From Candidatus Odinarchaeota archaeon (lineage in GTDB: Archaea; Asgardarchaeota; Odinarchaeia; Odinarchaeales; Odinarchaeaceae): a stretch of 32,000 bases of DNA. The notes under the pieces are model-generated. The model was not told the DNA's origin and did not search any database. It worked only from the letters and a program-made list of their open reading frames with translations. The position numbers and the translations under genes were made by a program. The stretch spans positions 1 to 32,000 of the forward strand of contig JAWBON010000006.1 in the NCBI GenBank assembly GCA_038826135.1, given 5' to 3'. Positions 9,367 to 17,111 of this stretch are shown here, one piece after another; positions within the stretch are counted from its first letter, which is position 1, and every line of letters starts with the position of its first letter.

Positions 9367-10059
9367 TTACGGTAGGAAGATGTTTATTTTATTGTTTTCT
9401 ATTTTGACTAGTTTGCTTTGCTCCAGTTCGTTGACGAGGCGGTTTAAGTATTGGGATGGGACTCCTACGGTTTTAGCTATTTCCTCTATTGATTTGGGAC
9501 CTGTGTCTTGTATTAGGAAGTAGATTTTAAATTTTAAATCGCTTTCTAAGACTTTTCTCCAGTGTCTGAATTTCTCCTCCCAGTTTGTTAACTCCATTTT
9601 CATGTTTTTCACGTCTTGCTGCATTTGCTTGTATTCTGCTGCTCTGCTATCTATTTGTTTAGCCAGGTCTTCTTTCTGTGTTTTTAACAGTTCCACCATT
9701 TTATTTTTTTCTTCTATGTCTGCTTTAAGATAGTTTATTTCTCGTTCATAATTTGTTTTAAGTTTTTCTAGTTCGCTGGTTTTAGCTTTAAGCTGCTCTT
9801 CCAGGGTTTTGCATTTTTCTTTAACTTCCGTTATTTCCGCTTCTTTTTTAGATAGTTTTGTTTCTATTCTCTGTTTTTCACCTGTTAGCTTGGTGATTTG
9901 GGAGGCTAGTTCCTGTTTTTCTTTATCTAGTTTTTCCATTGTTGCCTCCATTTTCTCTAGGGCTGCTTTCTGGCCTTCGGTTATTGGTTTGCTTGCTGGT
10001 GTTTCGGTTTTAACTGTGCTGGTTTTTTTAACTCTTTGGGTTGTTTTTTTAGTTGACAT
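9367..10059 (-). CDS. Coiled-coil protein with basic N-terminal tail and C-terminal winged helix (paralog C)
   Basis: 230 aa; K/T-rich tail (about aa 1-25), about 145 aa of heptad-rich E/K/L sequence, then KIYFLIQDTGPKSIEEIAKTVGVPSQYLNRLVNELEQSKLVKI wHTH. Confidence 0.85.
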   Translation of the reverse strand: MSTKKTTQRVKKTSTVKTETPASKPITEGQKAALEKMEATMEKLDKEKQELASQITKLTGEKQRIETKLSKKEAEITEVKEKCKTLEEQLKAKTSELEKLKTNYEREINYLKADIEEKNKMVELLKTQKEDLAKQIDSRAAEYKQMQQDVKNMKMELTNWEEKFRHWRKVLESDLKFKIYFLIQDTGPKSIEEIAKTVGVPSQYLNRLVNELEQSKLVKIENNKINIFLP

Positions 10060-10158
10060 AGTGATCTTTCCAAAATTTCGATTGATATATATTAGGGTTG
10101 GAAATTATTTTAAGTTTTCCAAAAAATAGTTGATTTTATTTTAAACTGGTTAAAATTT

Positions 10159-10560
10159 TTAAACTGTGGCTAGACTGTCTAGGATCTCTTTTATCTTGTT
10201 GATAGCATTTAAAACGTCTTCATCCATCCAGTTTGCACCTGTTTTCGATATTATGGCTAGGATGTATTCTCCACTGTTTTTTGTTGTAAGTGTTTTAATG
10301 ACGAGGTATCCGTTTTCAGCTCTTATAACAATGTCTTTCGGTTTTCCGAGTTTGATTGTGTGAACTGTTTGGTTGACGATGCTGTGGACGGATGGTCCGG
10401 CGGCTGCTATGAAGTCTTCGTCAGCTCCCCCCTCTATGGCTGATGATATTAGGAACCCGTTTTCTGTTGTTATTATGCTTGCTTTGAATTTGCCTAGTTT
10501 ATTTAACGCTGCTAGAGCGTTTTCTAAGTCTTGTGAAGTGTATTTTAACATATTTGGCAT
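10159..10560 (-). CDS. Roadblock/LAMTOR2 (MglB-like) domain protein
   Basis: 133 aa; helix then ASIITTENGFLISS, DEDFIAAAG helix, DIVIRAENGYLVIK, YILAIIS and a C-terminal helix, the classic roadblock topology. Confidence 0.85.
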   Translation of the reverse strand: MPNMLKYTSQDLENALAALNKLGKFKASIITTENGFLISSAIEGGADEDFIAAAGPSVHSIVNQTVHTIKLGKPKDIVIRAENGYLVIKTLTTKNSGEYILAIISKTGANWMDEDVLNAINKIKEILDSLATV

Positions 10561-10706
10561 CTTCTATGTGGAATATATTGGTTTTTCAGAACTTTTTTAA
10601 TAGGTTTATAATTAATATATTTTTTGATTATATATTTATATAGTGTTTCCTCGGAGTTTATTAATTAATCTATATTTATCGGTATAGGGGATTCAGGTTA
10701 CTGGTT

Positions 10707-10961
10707 GTGGATTATGTGAGCGATGATCTGGCGGGGTCTTCTTTTAAAGAATTGGAGCGCTGGGAGGCTTTAGCTCTTATAGACGAGTACATTCAAGATG
10801 AAGGTTTTAAACGGGTTTTGCTTGACGAGGATGCTCAGCCTGGTTTTTCCGTTGCTTATAAGGATTTATTTGAAGGCGTGTATGTTTTCCCTGTGAAGCT
10901 TTCAGCGAGTATTCTTCTCGTAATTAGCTGTGATAGAAATAGGTTCTGGCTTAAAATATAA
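10707..10961 (+). CDS. Hypothetical acidic 84-aa protein
   Basis: Fills an otherwise empty gap. GTG start with purine-rich upstream sequence (GGGGATTCAGG); codon usage matches local G/T-ending + strand genes. No family recognised. Confidence 0.55.
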   Translation: MDYVSDDLAGSSFKELERWEALALIDEYIQDEGFKRVLLDEDAQPGFSVAYKDLFEGVYVFPVKLSASILLVISCDRNRFWLKI

Positions 10962-10972
10962 TACTCGTGTTT

Positions 10973-11128
10973 TTATATTTCGAATTCTTCGTATTCTAGT
11001 TTAAGATTGTCTATCACTATTGTCTTCTTGTCTTCTAAGAGTTTCTTATTTAACTCTTCTAACTCTAACAGGTAGGCGTCGCAGAATGAGATGACTTTTT
11101 TACCGTCGTCTATTATTAAATCGAGCAT
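10973..11128 (-). CDS. Small 51-aa hypothetical protein absent from the ORF track
   Basis: Translated by hand: MLDLIIDDGKKVISFCDAYLLELEELNKKLLEDKKTIVIDNLKLEYEEFEI*. ATG at 11128, TAA at 10973-10975; TATA box 27 nt upstream; fits the gap convergent with the 84-aa ORF. Confidence 0.6.
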   Translation of the reverse strand: MLDLIIDDGKKVISFCDAYLLELEELNKKLLEDKKTIVIDNLKLEYEEFEI

Positions 11129-11153
11129 ATTATTGAAAAATAACTCTTTGTCA

Positions 11154-11167
11154 CTATATAAAGTTTA
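11154..11167 (-). promoter_or_regulatory. BRE-TATA for the 51-aa ORF (near-leaderless transcript)
   Basis: Minus strand TAAACTTTATATAG; TTTATATA ends 27 nt before the ATG. Confidence 0.5.
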
Positions 11168-11221
11168 TGTGCGCCTTGCTTGGTAAAAATCTCTTATTAA
11201 AAATTATTTTTAGGTATTATT

Positions 11222-11644
11222 CTAGTTGACTAGGACAAGTATTTTAATCCATTTTTTAGGTGCTCGTATAATCGCTTCAACGGTTTCATAGAATGGGAAG
11301 CTTTTATTATCTTTAATATAGTTTGTGAATTCGTCAGGCCCTATTCCTGTGATTCTGCCGCTTCCATCCGGCTCCTGTTTTAATAATAGCCATACGTCTA
11401 GATTATTTTTATCTCTGGCCATTATGAGAAACCATGAGTTATCGCTCCAATCTTCACCGTCTTCTTTTGTAACGTTTTTAACAGCTTGTGTGCTGTAATA
11501 GTTTCGATTTCTTGATACTTTTCTATAAAGGTCGTTGAAGAACTGGTTTTTTAGAACAGTGTAGGATCCTAAAACTGTTTTAGAATCGGTTAACTTAATA
11601 ATTGTAGGCTCCTCGCCAGGGTATTCCAGTTTTACGCTCCACAA
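11222..11644 (-). CDS. Hypothetical 140-aa soluble alpha/beta protein
   Basis: TTG start with a GGTGA RBS upstream; globular composition with several Trp; no family recognised. Confidence 0.75.
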   Translation of the reverse strand: MWSVKLEYPGEEPTIIKLTDSKTVLGSYTVLKNQFFNDLYRKVSRNRNYYSTQAVKNVTKEDGEDWSDNSWFLIMARDKNNLDVWLLLKQEPDGSGRITGIGPDEFTNYIKDNKSFPFYETVEAIIRAPKKWIKILVLVN

Positions 11645-11812
11645 TTAGGATTTTCACCTGCTATTTTATGTTTTTCACTTAAAATATTTTAAATTTTACA
11701 TTAAAATAATATTTGTATGAGCTTATTTTATATACGCGTAAAATATTTTAACAACTTAGTTTAATCTCTAATAGACAAGTTTAATATTTAACTCTGATTT
11801 GGTGTATGGTGA

Positions 11813-13156
11813 ATGGAAGTAGAGTTTATTCAGGCTGAAAAAGAGATATGGCCGACTTCAAGTCTGGCTGAACAGGTGAGGGAGATCGGTGTTTCAGAGG
11901 AGTATCGGTGGACTCCTAGGAAACGTGATTTTCGCGATGTTACTCAAACTGAAGCTGAGCTTTCAAAAATATTTTTTCCGAAGATTGTTTTAGCCGGTTT
12001 ATCATTGAAAAGCGAGTTTAAATCTAAGGCTTGGGGTGGGATTCTACACAGGGTTGTCGCTAATAAAGATTACTCTAAGCTTTGTATAATATATCTTTTA
12101 GTATGGACTTTTCAGCGGGGTGCTTTATCATTCTGGTTTTCAGTAGCTCCGCTAGCTCTTTTATCGCTTGTGTCTCTTATTCTACTGGTTAGTGAGCTTC
12201 CTGTGTTAACATTCTATATTGGTATAGGTGGAATCGGTTTTCTATTTATCCTAGCGGGGCTTAGACCGTACTTGCAAGCCGCTTTCACAGAGAAAGAGAA
12301 GGTTTTAATGATTCATAATGAGACATGGCTTATCTTTCACGGGGTTCTGTTTACAACTATGGCTGGCGTGGAGTATGGTATATATGAGCTTCCAGCGATT
12401 CCAGCTTCTCCTATAATACTTGGAGCGATAGCTTTGTTTCTGTTTATACTTAGAATCTTCCAGGATAGGCTTAAACTGGCCACGCATGAAATGGATTATG
12501 AGCCTATCTTAGTTTACTTGGTGAAGGAGAAGGGCGACTGGGTTGTGGAGAAGATTCGCTTTGACCGCTTCCACTATATTGTAAGAACAGTTGAACGTGA
12601 TACTCTGCTTAGTAAAAACTATTTGATGCAGTTTACAGGTGGTGAGCGTGTGAAGCTTATAATAGATAATAACTGGCATTCTATGCGGCTTATGAAGCGT
12701 GATTACAGGGAGATTTCACGTTTATCAATGTTTTTATTCTACTTTTTCCTGTTCGACTTCATAGCAGCGTCTGTGACGCGTGTTTTTATAGGTGTTCCTA
12801 TATCTGCTGTAGGCTTATTGATAGGTGAAGCCGCTCTTGTAATGGAGCCTATAATCTTCTGGATTACTGGTTTATTATACTACGCTATTAACCCGTATGA
12901 GCTTGTTGACGAATCTTTTGATCCTCATCATCCTAAAAACCAGTTAACTGATATGAAGCTGGCTGTGCTTTGGAATCTTAGAAAAGAGTCGGCTAGATTG
13001 ATCTTCCGGTTAAAGATTCAGGACCCGTTTAACCCTGAGGAGATTTTCTGGAACACTTTTCGAGACGATCCGTTGTCTGTTCTATTATATAATGTGCTTC
13101 CTAGGTTGGATGCTATTGAAGAAGCGTTAAGGAAGCATTTACCCTCAGAAACGTAG
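11813..13156 (+). CDS. Multi-pass membrane protein with a split soluble domain carrying an HEMDYEP motif
   Basis: 447 aa; GGTGA RBS; about 6 hydrophobic segments (4 + 2) interleaved with polar beta-rich segments (CIIYLLVWTFQ, THEMDYEPILVYL, RFDRFHY, IDNNWHSM); short C-terminal amphipathic helix. Confidence 0.8.
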   Translation: MEVEFIQAEKEIWPTSSLAEQVREIGVSEEYRWTPRKRDFRDVTQTEAELSKIFFPKIVLAGLSLKSEFKSKAWGGILHRVVANKDYSKLCIIYLLVWTFQRGALSFWFSVAPLALLSLVSLILLVSELPVLTFYIGIGGIGFLFILAGLRPYLQAAFTEKEKVLMIHNETWLIFHGVLFTTMAGVEYGIYELPAIPASPIILGAIALFLFILRIFQDRLKLATHEMDYEPILVYLVKEKGDWVVEKIRFDRFHYIVRTVERDTLLSKNYLMQFTGGERVKLIIDNNWHSMRLMKRDYREISRLSMFLFYFFLFDFIAASVTRVFIGVPISAVGLLIGEAALVMEPIIFWITGLLYYAINPYELVDESFDPHHPKNQLTDMKLAVLWNLRKESARLIFRLKIQDPFNPEEIFWNTFRDDPLSVLLYNVLPRLDAIEEALRKHLPSET

Positions 13157-13191
13157 ATTACGGTTTACGTATACTGTATTAGTGTTTTCCC

Positions 13192-14403
13192 CTATGTTTT
13201 CTTTATTACTCCGCTTGCCGCGAATAATATTGTAAATATTGTTATGGCGAAGAGAGCGCCTGCTGCGAATATGCTGTTGAAACCGAATATGGTTGATATG
13301 AACAGCATTATTGCAGGTCCGGTGGTTTGACCTATTCTGAGCATCATCCCTAGGCTTGAAAGTATTACTCCACGCTGGTTAATGTTGGTTTCTTCAGCTA
13401 CTAGTGATTGGATAAGGGGGCCGTTAAGCCCTAAAGCGAACCCTATTAATACTATCGGTATGGTTATTAGCCAGATCTCTTTTATAAAAGGTATTACGAA
13501 GACGCCTACCGCGTATAATATATAAGTTGATTTAAGTATGTTCCATTCAGAATGTTTTCTAGAAAGTTTCCCCACCTGTGTTGAGACCGCTGCTCCGATG
13601 AAAGATGCTGAAGACTGAACTATCCCTATATATAAAGGTATTAACGTGAATTTACTGTTTAAAAACACTGGCATGAAAGTTATCCAGACACCGTAAATTA
13701 TGAAAAAATTCATCACCCCCGCGGTGAATAGGACAAGTACCTTGGGTCTTTTTATTATTCTCCAGGTTTCTTTAAAATATTCTCTGCTGCTTTGTTTTAA
13801 GTCAGGTTCAGGTGTGTCTAGTTTAAACAGTACTATGAGCGCTATGGGAAGAGCTATTAAAGGTAGTAGGAACGGGGCGAACCAGGCGAGGGTGCCTAAA
13901 GCGCCGCCTATAAGAGGCCAGCTACCTGTGCCGAAGCTGAGAACACTGGAATTATAGCCTAAGGCTGTTGTACGAGTTTTACCCGTGTATAAGTCTCCTA
14001 TGATAGTGACGTTTAATACGCCTAGTGCTGCTGCGCCTATTCCTTGAAAAAATCTTAGAATTATTAATATTGTGAGATTTGGTGTGAACGCGCATAGTGT
14101 TCCAGCTAAGCTGAAGAGTAAAAGCGCGGGTGTTAATATTTTTTTTCTACCATATTTGTCAGATGATATTCCAAAAACCGGGGATAGGAATATAGCTGGA
14201 AGGGTGAAAAAAGTTATTAATAAACCCAGCTCCGTGTAGGGGTATGTTAAACCCAGATTCGGCCCTATAACAGGGAAGGCTGGTGAGATACTTGCAACTC
14301 CCAGAACAGCCATAAGGGTTACGCCGAATATTATTTGAAGATTTTTATCCAGATATAGCTTCTCAGATTTATGGTGTTCAATAGCCTTATCTAGGACTTT
14401 CAA
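13192..14403 (-). CDS. MFS transporter (DHA1-like drug/metabolite antiporter)
   Basis: 403 aa, about 12 TM segments; motif A GISSDKYGRK, LRFFQGIG motif B, GPLIGG motif C. Confidence 0.92.
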   Translation of the reverse strand: MKVLDKAIEHHKSEKLYLDKNLQIIFGVTLMAVLGVASISPAFPVIGPNLGLTYPYTELGLLITFFTLPAIFLSPVFGISSDKYGRKKILTPALLLFSLAGTLCAFTPNLTILIILRFFQGIGAAALGVLNVTIIGDLYTGKTRTTALGYNSSVLSFGTGSWPLIGGALGTLAWFAPFLLPLIALPIALIVLFKLDTPEPDLKQSSREYFKETWRIIKRPKVLVLFTAGVMNFFIIYGVWITFMPVFLNSKFTLIPLYIGIVQSSASFIGAAVSTQVGKLSRKHSEWNILKSTYILYAVGVFVIPFIKEIWLITIPIVLIGFALGLNGPLIQSLVAEETNINQRGVILSSLGMMLRIGQTTGPAIMLFISTIFGFNSIFAAGALFAITIFTILFAASGVIKKT

Positions 14404-14438
14404 AAATATCCCCTGTAATGTAGGTTTTATCTTACTGG

Positions 14439-15173
14439 TTAAATTGTTTTATTAAGTTTAACAGTTTGATCCATAATTGTTATTATCCCTTTTTCTTCTA
14501 GGGAGCGTAATCCGCGGGTTATTATTGACGGTGGCTGTGAAACGTTTTCTTGGATTTCTTTTATTGAAGTCTGACCTGTTAAAATTATGGTTGAGAGAAT
14601 TGCTGCTTCAGGTGGTGTTGAAGGGGCTTCAGTTGCGAGGTAATTAATTAAAGCTTCTTTTTGCTTCAACTGTTCTATGGCGGTGTTTGTTTTCTCTATT
14701 TCTTCTAATAGCTTGTTTTTCTCCTCTTCTCTTCTAAGCTTGATTTTCTTAACTTCGTTTTTAGCATTCTCTATTTTACCTACCAGGCTTTCAGATTCTG
14801 CTGTTAACTCTTTTTTGCGTTTTTCAAGTTCACTATGAGAGGTTGTTAATGTTTTCAGCTTCGTTTTTTTCTCGTTAATATTTGTTTTAATTTTCTGAAT
14901 ATTTTTATCTAGGTTGTCTAGTTCGCTTTCAAAGCTTTCTAACTGTTTTTTCAAGTTTTCAACATTTATTTTCGCCCTATCGATTTTATCATCAAGCTCT
15001 CTTTCAACCTGGTTTTTTAATTGAAGGTTTTTCTCAACTTGTTGAATACTATCGGTGATTTTCTCGTTTTCGCTTATCAGCTGGTTTATTTTAGAATTTG
15101 TATACTCTATAACGGTTTTAAAACGGTTTATGAGCGTGTTTATTTTTTCCTTAACACTTACTGTTTCACTCAT
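14439..15173 (-). CDS. Coiled-coil protein with C-terminal winged helix (paralog B)
   Basis: 244 aa; about 175 aa of coiled coil, an APSTPP linker, then EAAILSTIILTGQTSIKEIQENVSQPPSIITRGLRSLEEKGII wHTH. RBS GAGGGA overlaps the upstream paralog's stop. Confidence 0.85.
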   Translation of the reverse strand: MSETVSVKEKINTLINRFKTVIEYTNSKINQLISENEKITDSIQQVEKNLQLKNQVERELDDKIDRAKINVENLKKQLESFESELDNLDKNIQKIKTNINEKKTKLKTLTTSHSELEKRKKELTAESESLVGKIENAKNEVKKIKLRREEEKNKLLEEIEKTNTAIEQLKQKEALINYLATEAPSTPPEAAILSTIILTGQTSIKEIQENVSQPPSIITRGLRSLEEKGIITIMDQTVKLNKTI

Positions 15174-15182
15174 TTTAATCCC

Positions 15183-15932
15183 TCATCCCATCATTAACTG
15201 TTTTAATATTCTTATTTGACCGGTGCTCTCATCCAATTCTAGTAGGCCTCTTCTCTCAAGCGCTTTAACAGTGGATTTTATAACGTCTATTTTAGAGAGC
15301 GTTGTCTTCTGAATATAATCTATGCTTGTCACACTCTTACCTGTAAGAGCCTCGGTTATCAACTGTTCCGGCGTTTTTAAGAGCTTGTTTTCTAAAAGAT
15401 ATTTAACAGCTTTATGAAGTGATTTAAGCCTAGCCAGGCTATCTGATTGTTGTTTATTTTTATTGTTTAACTCGTTTATTTCTTTCTCAAACTCTTTTCT
15501 AATTTCACTTAGATTGCTCTCCGCACTTTCTAGTTTAGTTCTCCCATCTTTAACGTTTCTTTCAAGCTCTCGAACTGTTTTTTCCAAGCTTTTTACACTC
15601 ATCTCGTAATTGTTAAGCTCAGATGTTAAACGCTCCTCCTCTTCTTCAAGAGTCGCTTTCTCTTTTATCCGATTATCTTGAATTGTCTTTAACTGATTTA
15701 AACGATCATTTAATTTACCTATTTCTGATTCAAGGGCGCTGTAATTTTTCTCCTTACTTTTTATACTGTTATCCTTATCTTCGACGAGTTTTTTCAAACT
15801 TTCAACATCTTTTAAAATATTTTTCAACTCGTTTTTCAAATCGCTATGCTGCGTGCTCTGATAATTATTTAATTCATTCAGAATACTCTCCTGGTTTTTT
15901 AAAAATAAAATAATATCTGTAAACTCTTCCAT
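15183..15932 (-). CDS. Coiled-coil protein with C-terminal winged helix (paralog A)
   Basis: 249 aa; about 180 aa of coiled coil then PEQLITEALTGKSVTSIDYIQKTTLSKIDVIKSTVKALERRGLLEL wH. RBS GAGGTG. Confidence 0.85.
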   Translation of the reverse strand: MEEFTDIILFLKNQESILNELNNYQSTQHSDLKNELKNILKDVESLKKLVEDKDNSIKSKEKNYSALESEIGKLNDRLNQLKTIQDNRIKEKATLEEEEERLTSELNNYEMSVKSLEKTVRELERNVKDGRTKLESAESNLSEIRKEFEKEINELNNKNKQQSDSLARLKSLHKAVKYLLENKLLKTPEQLITEALTGKSVTSIDYIQKTTLSKIDVIKSTVKALERRGLLELDESTGQIRILKQLMMG

Positions 15933-15978
15933 ACCTTAACACCTCTTATTATTCACCAAGATATTTTTAGCCAGCTTG

Positions 15979-16167
15979 TTAAGTATCCTTAACAAGCTTC
16001 ATAGGCTTACCGCAGCATAATAGGAAGCCGCAGGCGCCTTTACATTCTTCCACTATTTCCACGCGTTTACCGCAACCGCCTTGACACTCCCAGATCTGGC
16101 CTTTCCTATAATCTTTTTTAAGAAGCTGCTTGTATTCAGCGTACGCGTCGAGTGTTTTACCGCTCAT
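15979..16167 (-). CDS. Stand-alone desulforedoxin-like (Dx) iron-binding protein, 6-Cys variant
   Basis: 62 aa; WECQGGCGKRVEIV...LLCCGKPMKL matches the Dx pattern (Cys pair, V-E-V strand, adjacent CC-G-x-P-M). RBS AGGTGA. Confidence 0.75.
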   Translation of the reverse strand: MSGKTLDAYAEYKQLLKKDYRKGQIWECQGGCGKRVEIVEECKGACGFLLCCGKPMKLVKDT

Positions 16168-16273
16168 GTGAATTCACCTTCTATAATATTTTATTCTCTG
16201 TTCAAATATACTTATCGAATTTAACAGCTTCATCGATAGTGTTAAAATAGGTGAACAGTTAACATAGTTAATT

Positions 16274-16963
16274 ATGATTGTTAAATTATTGAATTACACT
16301 CCGAATCCGGATAGAACCTGTGCGGCAGCTGCTTTCACATCTTGGAAAAAACTCAGCCCTAAAGAAATATTCGAGTCTCTAACAGATGAAGAAGCTTTTA
16401 AATTTCTTAGAAAAGTTATAGGTTACGGTCATCTCTCAGTTACCGAGCATGCTAATTTCACGTTTAGTATTGAAGGAATATCTCGAGCCTGCTCTCATGA
16501 ACTTGTAAGACATCGTCTAGCATCCTATACACAACAAAGTCAAAGATATGTTAAATTTTCCTTGAGCGAATTAAAATATGTTAAACCAGACACTATTAAG
16601 GAAAGCATGTTCAATGAAGAATATGATCGGTTAATGTTGCAGATCGCCGAATTCTATCAGAAAATGTTAGCTACGGTCCCGGTTGAGGATGCGAGATATG
16701 TTCTCCCCAACGCTGCTTGCACTAATATTGTTGTAACTATGAATGCGCGTGAACTTAATCATTTCTTTAATCTGAGGCTTTGTAACAGAGCTCAATGGGA
16801 GATCCGGGAATTGGCTACTAAAATGTTAGAAGAGGTTAGGAAAGTAGCCCCGATTCTTTTTGAAAACGCTGGGCCTAACTGTGATAGGTTAGGTTACTGT
16901 CCTGAAGGGGAGCTCAGTTGTGGTAGGCGGCCTGTTAAAACCAAGGCTTTAAAAAGCGTTTAA
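16274..16963 (+). CDS. thyX: FAD-dependent thymidylate synthase ThyX
   Basis: 229 aa; GHLSVTEH, signature RHRLASYTQQSQR, DARYVLP, MNAREL, RAQWEIR. Confidence 0.97.
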   Translation: MIVKLLNYTPNPDRTCAAAAFTSWKKLSPKEIFESLTDEEAFKFLRKVIGYGHLSVTEHANFTFSIEGISRACSHELVRHRLASYTQQSQRYVKFSLSELKYVKPDTIKESMFNEEYDRLMLQIAEFYQKMLATVPVEDARYVLPNAACTNIVVTMNARELNHFFNLRLCNRAQWEIRELATKMLEEVRKVAPILFENAGPNCDRLGYCPEGELSCGRRPVKTKALKSV

Positions 16964-17111
16964 TCCATCTTTCACCGTACTTACCTGCCTGTAGTTGTAT
17001 GATTGTGATTTGTTACCAGGGTTATTCTTATTGATTCCTGAAACTAATCATTTTTTAAAGTTTTTATTTTAAGAAACTTTTAAAACAGAATTCAGATAAT
17101 GAAGTAACGCG

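Noticed and set aside
11645-11812. Short palindromes (TACGCGTA, repeated AAAATATTTT) in the divergent promoter region
   Set aside because: Too short, and expected by chance in very AT-rich intergenic DNA; no second copy or adjacent regulator supports them.
9367-15932. Calling the coiled-coil proteins SMC, Rad50 or ESCRT-III/PspA
   Set aside because: No Walker A/B, signature motif, hinge or zinc hook, and they are too short for SMC. The coils look continuous and I could not recognise an ESCRT-III helical-hairpin core or MIM motif.
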